Of a stretch of DNA of 64,000 nt, positions 41,519 through 54,200 are shown in pieces. The stretch's first letter is position 1, and the number at the start of each line of letters is the position of its first letter. A model generated the notes under the pieces. That model saw only the letters and a program-made list of their open reading frames with translations, was not told where the DNA came from and did not search any database. The stretch covers positions 32,001 to 96,000 of IMG/VR virus record IMGVR_UViG_3300028833_000087. One strand, written 5' to 3'. Source of the DNA: a virus (lineage: Duplodnaviria; Caudoviricetes). The position numbers and the translations under genes are program-made.

Positions 41519-41713
41519 TGTTAGCCGATTTGCGATATCCAAATATAGGTTTTGTGGATTTTTCTAAATCTGATAATACTGAAAGTTGTACATGTAGTAA
41601 TTGTAGAGCAGAATATTTTTCAAAAGAATTTATAGAAGAGACTTACGGATTTACAGTAGATGAAAGAAAATATCATGAAAAATTTGAAGCTAAGTTAAAG
41701 AAAGGAGTATAAT

Positions 41714-42202
41714 ATGAATTCTGATGATATTGAAGAGATAATTAAAAATGAAACTTATTATAAAACTTCAGATGGAAAAGAATTTTTAAGAAAATATGAT
41801 GCTGAAGAACACTCTAAAAAATTAAAAGCAAAACAAGAATTAGAAAAATATAAAACATTTTTTCTTATCATGGGTTCTGATATTCCTGAAATCTATAGTT
41901 TTCTTAATACTTCTTTTACTGAATGGTTTTATGTAAAATCAGAAGAAGAATTTGAAAAATTATTACAGTTATTAAATATTAGAGATGAAAGATACTATAA
42001 TGATAAGGTATTACTGAGGGTTCAAATGCAATTTCCTGATTTTATATATAAAACTCTTTCAAGAGAAAATATGCCCAGTAATAATATTCATAATATCGGT
42101 AGTTTATATTGTTTAGAATATCTATTTAATATTTATAACAATTCTGCTACAAGATTTTTTAATAAAGTTAATAATCTAAAAAAAGCTAAGGAGAAACAAT
42201 AA
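41714..42202 (+). CDS. hypothetical protein (paralog of 40568-41041)
   Basis: YKTSDGKEF, WFYVKSEEEF. Confidence 0.7.
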   Translation: MNSDDIEEIIKNETYYKTSDGKEFLRKYDAEEHSKKLKAKQELEKYKTFFLIMGSDIPEIYSFLNTSFTEWFYVKSEEEFEKLLQLLNIRDERYYNDKVLLRVQMQFPDFIYKTLSRENMPSNNIHNIGSLYCLEYLFNIYNNSATRFFNKVNNLKKAKEKQ

Positions 42203-42585
42203 TGAAAGTATTTATATCACAGCCTATGAGCAGTAGAACAGATGAAGAAGTTTTTGAAATGAGAAGAAGATTAAAGCATCATATGATATTACATTGTCTG
42301 AATAAATATAAACCTGACGAGATAGAATTTTTATCTACATATGATGATCAATATAATCTTAATCTTACCAAAGAAGATTTAGAAGGTAAGAAAGAAAATA
42401 TATTCAGATTGGGACATGCTATTCAGTTATTAGCTGAAGCCGATTTTGTAATATTTGCTCCTGACTTTTATACATCAAGAGGCTGTAAAACTGAATATAA
42501 AATCTGCAGTTTATATAATATTCCTTTTTATGTAGCGTCAAATTTAAATGGAGAAAATAATGAGTCTCAAATCAACAAAAATTAA
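42202..42585 (+). CDS. DUF4406-like / nucleoside deoxyribosyltransferase-fold protein
   Basis: KVFISQPM...L..AD...F......SRGC..E. Confidence 0.7.
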   Translation: MKVFISQPMSSRTDEEVFEMRRRLKHHMILHCLNKYKPDEIEFLSTYDDQYNLNLTKEDLEGKKENIFRLGHAIQLLAEADFVIFAPDFYTSRGCKTEYKICSLYNIPFYVASNLNGENNESQINKN

Positions 42586-44846
42586 TATAAATACATTAGC
42601 GTATAGAAATAAAGTCTTTCTATACGCTAATTTATTAAGTTTTCGTAGTATTTATAAAAGGAATAGGGAAGTTACTACTATAAAAACAGATAACAATAGA
42701 GAATATGTAATTTATAGAATGTCAGGCGTATATAAAGCTACTATTTATCCAAAAATCTCATCTTATATAGGTTCAATAAACAAATTATCAGATAAAAATG
42801 GTGGTTAATAAATGGAAATAAAATTTAGTTTGCAAGATCATATGAAGTATTTATGCGATTTAAAGATGTCTATGTATAATAAGTTTAGACTTGGGAGAAG
42901 ATATAAAATATCTAATTGTAAATATAAAGCAAACGGTGTATATGAATATGCAAATACAAAACCTGCAATTAAAACAGATAGTAGTACAAAATATGTATTA
43001 TTTAATAATTCTAAAATAAGTAGTACTTATCAGAAAAAATATAAACGAATAAGTGGTTTTAATGATAAACTTGAATCTTTTACTGATGTAGCTTATAGAC
43101 CTTATTTTTATGCAGAAGAAGATGAAGAATGGAATGATAAATAACTTGTAATCAGAAAGGCATAGATATGAATAATCGAAAAATAAGTGATCATAATAAA
43201 ATATATAAACATAAATTATCTAATATTCCACCAAATTATAATTCTATAACTCTTGAATGGGATGATGAATTCGATGGTCAGGTATATAGATGGAGTGGTC
43301 CAAATGCTAGGGCTTTCTGTTATTTTGCTGTAGAAAAATATAATAGAAAAGGTTATTCGTATAACTATGCAACAAAAAGAAAATCATATGCTTATAGAAC
43401 TATGAGTGAATGGATAAATGATAAAAATATTTTTAGCAAAATATCAGATTATATATTAAACTGGGCTAAACGATTTAGCGTTGAAGGTGTATATTCATCA
43501 AATGATGAATATGAAGAAGATGAGGATTGGGAGTGGGATGATGAGTGATTTTGATAAAATTAGCGATTTCTTCGGAGATCATAGACCAAAATTATTTTAT
43601 CATAATTATAGAAAAAAATCTATATCTATGGTGTATAATACTGGAGGAGGATTTAGAGAACCTAGAGAAAATATAATGCCTAATAAATATTTTACAGAGG
43701 TTGCAAATGAAAAATATAATGAATGTATGACTGGTGGATGTCATTATAATGAAATAACTAAAAAAGTTTCTTATGCATATAGACGAATAAGCGAATTTAT
43801 ATTAGTTTGTGGTCATGTGAGAACTGGTAAAAATAAAATAAGTTCATTTATCAATAAAAATAATAAATTTTGTAAATCAAGTCCGAGGGTTGAAAATGGA
43901 TAATAAAGAACCAACTACATCTGATCTTCTTAAGAATTTTAATAGCTATAAATTTTCAAAAATTACATACTATCAGGTTCAATCTCATAAAAAGTTATCT
44001 GATAAAATACGTAGAGGAAAATGTGAATGTATTAGAGATGTATCTCTTGCATCTAAAAAGTCTTTAATATTATATAAAATAAAAAGTGCTATAGAAAATG
44101 CTTCTGATAATATTTTCTTTGATAAAAAAGAAATTAAATTATTATATAGAAAAATATCTAGTGTTAAAAGCAATAATCTAAAAATATCTACTGAAGCTGT
44201 ATGGAAATCTAGACGTATTATTTCTGATTATAATTTATGCAGCGAGGAATACTATTATGAAGAAGATTAGCGATTATAATACTGGATATTGTAAATGTCT
44301 TAAAAATTTTTATTCTTTTAATAAAAATCATAGGTTTGCATTAGCTAGATCTGATAAAAATAGTTATGTTAAGAGTTTACGAGATATAATAAGTCCATTA
44401 ATATTATATAAATTTCGTGAAAAGCTTATTGATAAATGCTGCAAAAGATATAAAATGTATTTGGAAAGCATTATATCTCGTAAATGTTTTTCTGTAGAAG
44501 CTAAATATAAAGATGATTTAGAAGAAGAGGTATGGGATGATGAAGAAGATTAGTGATTGGAACTGTCCCTGGCATAAACAAATTCTACTAAAAACTTCTG
44601 TCTTAGTAAAAACTTATAGAATATTTTCCAAGAAAAGTCATCTTAGTAGAAAAAATACATTAAGGAAAATTATAAATGATAATTTTATTGCATATAAATA
44701 TAATAATATATCGAATATCAGTAAAATATCAGACTGTTCAAATCAATATAATAGACATAAAAGAATAACTTCTGAAGCTGTTATAACTCGTAAATGTATT
44801 TCTCTAAAAGTTTATTATAAGGGCGATTTATTAGAGGAGAATTAGA

Positions 44847-45158
44847 ATGATGAGAAATAAATATTTTTATTAAAAAATAACTAAATATTCTAATTATCGT
44901 GATAATAAATCTATCAATCAGGTAGTTTATTTTGGTCATGGTGGTGCTGGTAAATTAAGTGATTTTAAATTATTTAAAAAATTTAAAAATTATGCCGATA
45001 ATTGTAATCGTACATTTGAAGTTTTTTATAATATTAATGGAAAAGACTATCATAAAGCTATGAGTGGATATGTTAATAAATTATATACAATATCAGAACA
45101 GCAATTTTTAATAAAGAATAAGAAAATTAAATTTTCAGAATTTTATGAGGAAAATTGA
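44847..45158 (+). pseudogene. KISD-family gene with premature TAA
   Basis: GAGGAG RBS, ATG 44847, in-frame TAA at 44871-44873; the frame stays open (KLSDF, TISE) to TGA 45158. Confidence 0.6.
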
Positions 45159-45160
45159 GC

Positions 45161-45461
45161 ATGGTAATAGGAAGACCAAAAAAAGATTAGCCAATTTATA
45201 AAATCAAGCACGATTTGTTTTTCAAAATACAGAAATAGAAAATATAATATTAGGCATCGGAAATTAAAAGAGCATCCAGGGTTTGATGATCAAATAGATT
45301 TTCCTCCTACATATAAACGAATATCAGAAGCTAAACTTGATAATGTTATATTTTCTATTGAAGCATATATTGAAAAATCTTCGTTGTCTAGATATAGATA
45401 CGAAAGATATCATGGTAATAAATTTTCTAGTATGGTAAATTGTACTATAGGAGTTAAATAA
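45161..45461 (+). pseudogene. KISD-family gene frameshifted in an A7 run
   Basis: Removing one A at 45178-45184 gives MVIGRPKKISQ...KRISE... ending at the TAA that overlaps ATG 45461. Confidence 0.6.
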
Positions 45462-46607
45462 TGCAAAAACTAAACAATATAAGTAGTGCTATTTTTAATA
45501 ATTCTTATTATCATAACAAATTGTCTTTACATAGTTTATCTAATAAATTTGGTGTAAATGCAAAGTATGGTGGTAATTATGATAATTATCGTACAATGAT
45601 GAAAGCTAAATTCGCTGAAGAAGAATATGAAGCTATATATCATGATAGACATAAGTATGATAGATTAAAAGATTATAAGAATCTTCTCTATTGTATTAGT
45701 GATTATGGAGAACGATTTTATAAAATCGAGAAAATGACATATTATACCAAATCTATTGTATATTGTGAAATATTAAAGTTATCATATTATGCTGCAAGAG
45801 CTAAAAGAAAAGCTAGGAGAGAATAATATGAAAGTCAGTGATTATCAAAGATATGCTAGAAATAAAAAGAAAATAACTATTGAAGCTAAATCATCTAAAT
45901 GCATATTTAATGATATCTCTAATAAATATATTTGTATATCTGATCATATTAATAATCCTATAAATAGAGACATCAATAAAGCTATAGAAAATATGAAAAA
46001 ATCTATTATAAATTCATATTTTGGGATTGATGCAATTCCTCAAAAAATTATGATTCCTTTGTATAAAATTAATTCTAAAAATATAAAGCGAATATCAGAA
46101 TCTAAAGGTGATAAACTATTTAAAATATCTAATACATATTGTAAACAGTTTAAACTTAGTAGAATAGGGAGATCATATGAAAATAAGTAATTTTTTAAAT
46201 TGGGATGATTCTTCAAAAAAGAAAATATCTTTGATAGCTTTGAAACCAAAATGTTCCTGCGGGTTAAGTAAATATAAAAAAATAGATGATATGCTTTTAT
46301 TGAATGAAAAAAGATATATTAGCTATAGACGAAAAACTGATAAAATAATTAATAATTCAGCTTTCGGAATTGCATTAAATATAGATTTTGGGTCTTTATA
46401 TCCATCTGCTACAGGAAGTCATATATTTAATAAAATAAAGAAAATATCAGAATCAATTTCGCGAATCAATAAATTCTCAAAACGAGATATAATAGAACAG
46501 AAAAAGATGAGCAAAATAAGTGATACAATACCATTATATTGTTATACTAAGTAAAAAATTCACATTAGATCTACTAATATATAATATTAGAAAGGTGGTG
46601 ATTATAT

Positions 46608-49521
46608 TTGATTTGGGACAATTCTCCTACTTTAACTAAGTATAAAGATACTATGGAGAGATGTATAAATTTATATTATAAAGATCCTCCTCCTAAATCA
46701 GAATTAGATAAGATATTAGATTATAGTATTCGAAAGCGTTATAAGAAATCTAAAATAGAAGTAAATAACAGTTATAAGAAAACTGTTAGTAATTCTACAT
46801 TATTATCCATAGCAGATTATATCGAATCAAGAAAGCCTATAGTAACAGCATATGGTACAATGTTTGAAAAGCATTGTAACTCATCTAATCTAATGGCTGA
46901 AACTGTACAATCATTTCTTGATCTTAGATCTGAGCATAAGAAAACTATGTTTAAGTTTCCTAAGGGATCTGAAGATTTTGAAAAGTATAATCTGCTTCAG
47001 CAACTTGATAAGATCGACGCCAACGGTATTGGGTCCAAGAATTATATATGCCGCCCGGGTTCGAAAGGATCAGGTGAATAAATGCACGAAATTGCTGGGA
47101 AGTGATAATGCTCTTTAGCCTATATGGTGGGGAAACTCAGAAACAAGTAAAGAGATGGTATATGGTGATAGTAAGCCTAAGTACTTTATAATTCACAATC
47201 AGCCTCCATTATTATGGATCATCGACTATCGAAAGCTAACCAAAATAAGGTATAGAAATATACACGAAGTGAGTAGAGTAGGGAAATTCCCGAATAGTGC
47301 AGTACCTAAGTCTCTATGAGATATGGTAAAGATATAGTCAGCGTCGAACGATATATGGAATTCTTGGTTTATACACATCCTTGCTGTATAATGTAAACGT
47401 AGCAACTACAATTACATCTCAAGGTAGATCTTTAGTATCTTCTATGTGTATGCAGTTTGAGATGTTTTTGAATGATAATGTACAATTCGGATCTATCAAT
47501 GAGGTATTACAGTTTATAGATAATATTAAATCAGAAGCTCATACTCGTAGATATAATGATATGGTAGAACTTGATGATTATTTTGCAGTAAAACCTCAGG
47601 ATGTATTCTATAAATTGGTAAAGAATTGTACTTGGAGATGGGTAATCAATGAAGAGGAAATGGATATACTTTGGAAAGTAATAAATAATCTCAATCAAGA
47701 AGATTTGAATAGAGTATGGTATAAGAATAATCTATTTGAATTTTGTGAGAATTCCAAAGTATTTAATAGAGTAAGAAATATACTGAAGAAATTAAACCGT
47801 CCGTTGTTTAATTCACTTGAGATTCCTGAAGAGATTGCTGATGATATAAAAGAATTCGGTGATTTACTGATGGAGTATGTCTATTATAAATATATGATAA
47901 TAGATAGAGTGGATAAATGTGATAATATGATTAAGTCTGTTGTTATGGTACTAGATACAGACTCTAATATAGTATCACTTGATGGATGGTATAGATATGT
48001 ATCTGAAAAGATATCTGGTGAGGAATTTAATATTACCAATTATGATATTCCAATGACAATATTTGATGTCATAGAAGGCGATACTTTTAATTTTGATAAG
48101 TTCCCTGCTAGATATAAAAATACAGATGCAAAGAATAATTGGATGCAATGTATGACAGAAGCAAATGGGTCTAAATATGATTATGATTTTGATACAGATG
48201 AGATTGTAGAAATGGATCATTTCAATCATCCAGAAGTAATAACCTGTAATGATAATATGAGATATTCTATAATGAATATTCTTGCATATGTATTAGACAG
48301 AGTTGTTAATGATTATATGAATCAGTACTGTATTAATAATAATTCTGTTTATAAAGACCCCAATGATAAGTCGAAGTACTATCGTAAGTGTAGAATTATA
48401 GCAAAGAATGAGTTCAGGTCAAACATTTAATTAGTAGTATTGATTAAATGCTTAAAAATCGTAGATGTGAACTTGTATGAGGATGGAAAACTCATACTGG
48501 CAACCTCCTTAACTGCTGGGGTGATTTAATCATATATGCTACAACATAATCCGAAAGGATAAGTGTGAATGCTTGAAAAATATATGACATACTTCGGTCA
48601 GCAGCGAAGCCTACATTGAAATTTGTGGGAATGCTCATCGACTATCGAAAGCTATATATCTATATAGAAATATATAGATTGAAAATAAGGTATCCATTAG
48701 TAAGAAGATACACGAAGCAAGTAGAGTACACTATTTATAGTGGAAAGAGGAGGACCCTCCATAGAACTTGGTAATAGAGTTCAAGGGATATAATATAGTC
48801 AGACGTAAATTACGTTGCATTTACCAGATTAATGATGACTGTTACTAAAAAGAACTATGCTTCTCTTCAAGCAGTACAAGAAGGTAATATGGTTCCTGAG
48901 GATAAACAGTTAGATGTAAAAGGAATAGAATGTCTTACCAAATCATCTAAATCTGAGTATACTAGGGATGCTTTGAAGAAGATATTATTGGAAGATATTA
49001 TGAAAGTTCCTGCTATAGACCAGTTGAAGTTTATTAAGGATATAGCTATATTCCAGAAGAGAATTATTAATTCTGTAGAATCTGGTTCTAAGGAATATTT
49101 TAAGCCAGCTACAGTAAAGGCAGTAAATACGTATGATAATCCGATGAGTCAGCAAGGTGTAAAAGCATCTGTAGTTTGGAATGGAATCAAATCTGCAGAT
49201 TATCCTGCACTGAACTTAGAGGAAAGAAATGCTATTGATATTGCCAAAGTCAAAATCAATAAAGCAAATGTATGTAAGATTCAAGAATCATTTCCAGAAG
49301 TTTACGAAAACTGTTTAACCCTATTAGAAGATTCCAATTTTAAAGATGGAATTGATTGCATAGGAATTCCGCTTGATACTCCAACTCCTGAATGGGTGAT
49401 GGAATTTGTAGATTATCAAGAAATTGTTGATAATAATATTGGTGGCTTCCCATATGAATCTATAGGAATTAAACAGATAAATAAAAATAACGTAAACTGG
49501 ACTAATATTGTAGAACTGTAA
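46608..49521 (+). CDS. divergent family-B DNA polymerase, three exons (46608-47027, 47351-48413, 48815-49521)
   Basis: Splicing restores motif B (KIDANG|IYG) and KNEF|AFTRL...KKNY; motif C LDTDS is in exon 2; DVKG in exon 3. Confidence 0.85.
47028..47350 (+). mobile_element. group I intron without homing endonuclease
   Basis: 5' exon ends in U, intron ends in G; IGS tatatatgccg pairs both exons; P7 gacta/tagtc with the conserved aagatatagtc element. Confidence 0.85.
48414..48814 (+). mobile_element. group I intron without homing endonuclease
   Basis: Core catcgactatcgaaagct...atatagtcag shared with intron 1; U|...G boundaries restore the frame; exact junction is inferred. Confidence 0.8.
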
Positions 49522-49549
49522 ATGCAGTAACAGTTATATATTATAATTA

Positions 49550-49657
49550 CGAGTGATGGCGGAATAGGTAGACGCTAATAGAGGTCGGTTAGATATCGAA
49601 TGAATAGGCTAGGCCAGAGGTCGGTATTATGTAAGGTGCAAATCCTTACTCACTCTA
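49550..49657 (+). tRNA. atypical tRNA-like RNA with expanded anticodon/variable region; identity unassignable
   Basis: Acceptor gagtga/tcactc; Leu-type D arm tggcggaataggtagacgc; T arm gtaagg-tgcaaat-ccttac; ~55 nt between D and T arms; promoter motif at 49537-49545. Confidence 0.65.
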
Positions 49658-49788
49658 ATTATAAACAGGGCTGGGTCGTACGGCAGCACGCTTACTAGAT
49701 AAGCACTGATCCGAGAGTTGCTGGGGCGGTCTGACTTGGTTAATATAGTGGTGGGGCGTATCGACCTATTTTTAAGAAAGGAGATACT

Positions 49789-50025
49789 ATGATAGTTACA
49801 AATCAAGACACGGAACTTGAGTTGAAAACTATTTTAGGAAAAATAAGTTCTGCTAGAAATAAAGAATTTTCTGGTACGAATAGAATGGGCTGTTCTGAGA
49901 ATTGGCATGATATATACTATGCAATTGCTCAAGTATTTACAGATAATGAATTAGCCAGTATGTCAAAAAGAGAAATAGATAATTTAATAAAATTAGCAGA
50001 AGCGATCCAGGAGGCATTATATTGA
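49789..50025 (+). CDS. hypothetical protein
   Basis: 78 aa with AAGGAG RBS. Confidence 0.62.
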   Translation: MIVTNQDTELELKTILGKISSARNKEFSGTNRMGCSENWHDIYYAIAQVFTDNELASMSKREIDNLIKLAEAIQEALY

Positions 50026-50187
50026 GAAAATATAAGTGGTTAATTGATGGTATAAAAATATCAAAAAAATAAGAAAATGTGGAATAGAAAAGTCAGACGA
50101 GCAAAAAACTTATCTAATCATTGTTTTTACAAGAAGCTTGCTGGTGAATCAATGTGGGATATGATACCTTAGAAGGGAGGTGATATA

Positions 50188-50328
50188 ATGGGACAGCAAA
50201 TCGGAGTTATTACTGAAATTGGTGATATGGGTCTTGGATTCGAACCTCTTAATGAGACAGATCAGATGAAATATGATAAGTCTCAAAAAGAGAAAGACGA
50301 AGACAAGAAAGATGAAGAAAAGAAGTAA
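50188..50328 (+). CDS. small charged protein (46 aa, below the ORF-track cut-off)
   Basis: GGGAGGTG RBS; MGQQIGVITEIGDMGLGFEPL... Confidence 0.55.
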   Translation: MGQQIGVITEIGDMGLGFEPLNETDQMKYDKSQKEKDEDKKDEEKK

Positions 50329-50371
50329 ATAAGAAATCTCGTACAGCTCTCCAACTGAAAAGGAGGATTGT

Positions 50372-51184
50372 ATGAATAATAATCAAGTTAAAGCTGGTAT
50401 TTTAGATTTTTTAGTAAAAATACTGGCTATATGTTGTGTATTTATGGGATTAGCAATAATATCCTTAAAAGCACAATATAAAAAGGCAACAGAAGCAGCC
50501 GAAAGTGAAAAGGCTAATTACGAAGCAAAAATCTTTAATCTGTCATTTTCTAATACAGTAGCAAAGAATCAGATGGAGAACCAGATAAAAGATTATGAAG
50601 CGACAATAAATGATTTATATGATGCTTGTGAAGTATTAGATAATCAAAATAAGTCGCTGGTTGCGAGTAATGAAGAATATTACTCAAAGCTAGAAGAAGT
50701 TACTGATAAACTTGAGTTGTACGAGAAATATGATTATGCATTATTCTTTGGAGGTAAACGAAATGATATTACTTACGATCAATTAGTTACTCTAGAGGAT
50801 TGCATAGATGAATCCAGTATACCTGATCCAGATTTAATTCTAGCATGGGTTATGGTAGAATCACACGGTTTTACTGGAGCCAACAATCCTAATTCTTCAG
50901 CTAAAGGATATGGGCAATTTCTAGATGGTACTAGTAAATTTGTTTATACAAAATTGCTTGGAGAGAAAGGATGGACACCTTCTGTAGCATATGATGGTGA
51001 AACCAATATTCGTATGATGGTTGCGTATACTGACTATTTATATGATTATTATGGTGGACCTTATGGTATGCTCAAAGGATATACAGGATCTTCAAATCCT
51101 GAGTTTCTCAACAGTTATACAAGTAAGCTTAATACTTACTTAAGACATGCTGGGAAAAGTTTTAACGATATGTATCAATATTAA
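50372..51184 (+). CDS. membrane-anchored coiled-coil protein with lytic transglycosylase (SLT-like) domain
   Basis: TM helix, coiled coil, LILAWVMVES...SSAKGYGQF. Confidence 0.82.
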   Translation: MNNNQVKAGILDFLVKILAICCVFMGLAIISLKAQYKKATEAAESEKANYEAKIFNLSFSNTVAKNQMENQIKDYEATINDLYDACEVLDNQNKSLVASNEEYYSKLEEVTDKLELYEKYDYALFFGGKRNDITYDQLVTLEDCIDESSIPDPDLILAWVMVESHGFTGANNPNSSAKGYGQFLDGTSKFVYTKLLGEKGWTPSVAYDGETNIRMMVAYTDYLYDYYGGPYGMLKGYTGSSNPEFLNSYTSKLNTYLRHAGKSFNDMYQY

Positions 51185-51248
51185 CTAAGTTCCTTGAGGT
51201 GGAAGCCTCAAGGAATTATTTTTCTCAATGACAAAGGAGGACACCTAA

Positions 51249-54200
51249 ATGGCATATGCAATTCAAAGACAGAATTTAATATCGGAAGTAAAAGCTTATC
51301 TAGTAAATACAGTATCATGTAAAGATACAGATGAGTCTTTTTCGACAATGCATACTTATTCAGATGAAGTGAATGATGCAATAAAATTTAATGAACTTGA
51401 AGATGTAGTGAAGTATATAAAACGATTAATAAATTCTGATGCTAAATTGAGGGATGGTCTGGTTGAAAAATATCTTAGCAAAGATAAAAGTTGTATTATG
51501 ATGAACAGATTTGATATAGACAAACTAGAAAAGAGTTTTGATGATTTGTTTTTGGCATTTTTTATTGAGAATATTTCCACCTGTAATAGATATATTGTTT
51601 ATGACTATGATAAAAATGAAGAGATATTGATACTGGACGATATCGGAAAACGAGGAGAAGGTAGCCATATAATAATTACTATACCACATAATTCGAGTAT
51701 ACCAAAAGAATTGATATTGTTGACTCAAATTAGATTAAACGAGGAGGATAATTAAATGGATAAATTAGAGAAAGTAAACTAAAACATTAAAGAACTGATC
51801 GATATGATAATATTTTATTAGCAATTTGTTGGTCCAATGGCTAATGGTAATTGTGAGCATTTTGATTATTCCGGTCGAGATTGTGATAATTGTGATAAAT
51901 GTAAAGAAATGTATTTTGAAAAACGTAAACAGAATTATTTAGAAAGATTTATTGTAAAATAAAGGAGGAAAATAATATGTCAATGCCAATCAAAAAGATA
52001 ATCGATCTCAATACGATGAATAAAGCGGACTACTTTAAAAAATATTATGTAATAACAAGAATGAGCAAAGATAAAAACGAATCAGAAAGAGTGCGTCTTT
52101 ATCTTACATTTAGTGGTGATTTTAATCACTTAGATGCAGATTGGGAACCTGATCCTGATAAAGCAGCAAGATTTATATCACCTGAATTTGCTGTTGAATG
52201 CTTTAAAAACTATGTATCTAAAATAGATATGCTTCTTGAAGATGGAACTAAAGAAAATAAAGAGATAATAACAATTCGTGAATTTTGCGAATATATAAAA
52301 TATGATAAAGATTTAGAAATGGATTTTCATATATATTTAGATGGAAATGTAAGCTATTTATATGAAAAAATGTAAAAGGAAGGAAATTAAATGAAAGATG
52401 AAAAACAAAAAGTATTAATATTAGATCAATATATGGATAGTGATATAAGTGTATACTATTTTATTATCGAGATATATCATTTTGAAGAAAAATTCTCATC
52501 ATATTTTATTTTAAAAGAGAATAGTACTGATTGTTGGACTAATGATATAACAGAGGCTACTAAATTCATATCTAAGGATGAAGCTGAAAGAGAATTTTTT
52601 AAATACTATCGAGAATTAAAGATAAAAGAAGAGAGTTGTACACTTGTAGATTTTGCAGAAGTAACAGATATGGATAAGATAGAAAAGGGTAATTTTGACT
52701 TTGTTATAAGAAGTGTACTAGAAGTATTTTTAGAGAAAGAAAATACAATAGTTTATATCAAAAATTGTACAAAAAAGACAGCAGGTTTTTATAATATTAT
52801 ATATAAGAAAGGAGAATAAAAATATGTCGAGTGGAGTAGAAAAGGTAATTAATTTATCAGAATTTAAAAAGAAAAATGGTTATAAATTTTTCTATATAAT
52901 AAGCAGAGAGCGTGAAGGAGTTTCCGGTGAAACTGGAGAATCGATTGAAGATGCGAAATATACAGAATATCTTCAATTTGAAGGCGAATTTAATGAATTA
53001 AAATATGACTGGACCGATGATATATCCAAAGCTGCTAAATTTAAAGCAGCTGAGCTTGCAAAAACAATGTATGAATATTATGTGGATGATATAAATATTA
53101 TAGACGATGGAGGAAAAGGTACCATGTCTATATGCAATTGTTATATGTATACTGAATATGATACAGATCTTGATATAAAATTTTGCATATATCAGTTAGG
53201 AAATGTGGAAACATATTTTGAAAATGTCTAAATAAAAATAATATAATTAGGAGGAAATCAATGGTTAATAGAGATGTAATAAAATGTATACAGATAATGC
53301 TTAATGATGATGCAGAAAAAGTACAACCTATGGCTAATGGTTTCGGCGAAGGATGTTCTTATTATCAAGGATATATAGCACATTGTAGAGATTTTTCTGC
53401 AAAGCTGGAAAAATTTGCAGAAACTTTTCCGCCTAATGAAATTAATATTGTTCCTGAGATTGCACTTTTAACAATTGAAACCTTATCGAAAGCATTAGAA
53501 GCGAGGGATAATGATAATGAAGAAATTTAAATTTGTACTTGAAGCTGAAATTAAGGAAGAATTTGATGAAGATGTGAAAAATATTATAGCAGATGCTATA
53601 GAAAAATTGGTTCCTTATGCAGAAAATGGAGTAAAATCGAAATATGTTTCCAAAAATAAAATCTCCAAAAATATTACTAACAAGTCTATTTGTGATTTAA
53701 TTAGAATACAAATTGAAAATAGGAAGAATGAAATTCTGGATAATGGTTTTGGATGGATAATAGCTATTCAAAAGACTTCAGATAAAAAGATATACTTCGG
53801 AGAACCTGTTAGATCGAAGCCGACTTATGTTGATGATTTTAAGAAAGCTGTTATCTTTTGGAGTAAAGAAGAAGCTATGCTAGCGTTCGAAAGTTCAACA
53901 GGGTTTAATTTAAAAAAGATAATTTATTCACAAGCATATCCTTTAGTACAGCTGTGTACTGTACCTGTAACAAAATCGGAAGAAAAATCTAGAGATGATT
54001 TTATTGTTCTTGTACCGATCGAGGGAGAAGTTGTTGTGAGTGAATATATTATACTAAATTACAATGGAGAGGAGTTTGAATAATATGGACAAGATTTTTA
54101 AAGAGATGAGTTTATGTAACAAGTACTATGATGGTGATTTTTATACAATTGCCATTAATAAGTACAATAAGAAGAATGAAAGGCGTGTAGAGTTTTATAA

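Larger units (their letters stand above)
42548..46554 (+). other. tandem cluster of ~12 small basic ORFs (two disrupted) sharing (K/R)IS(D/N/E) motifs
   Basis: ORFs at 42548, 42812, 43168, 43481, 43890, 44257, 44537, 45461, 45789 and 46177, plus disrupted 44847 and 45161. Confidence 0.7.

Noticed and set aside
46918-47118. Separate ORFs or intron-encoded endonucleases in the polymerase region
   Set aside because: 46918-47118 is an off-frame overlap; the introns are 323 and ~401 nt with no nuclease motifs; 47381 and 48832 are exons
44847-51962. Stop-codon reassignment suggested by in-frame stops at 44871 and in 51756-51962
   Set aside because: Long core genes are intact in the standard code and TAA, TAG and TGA all end genes; better explained as pseudogenes or errors
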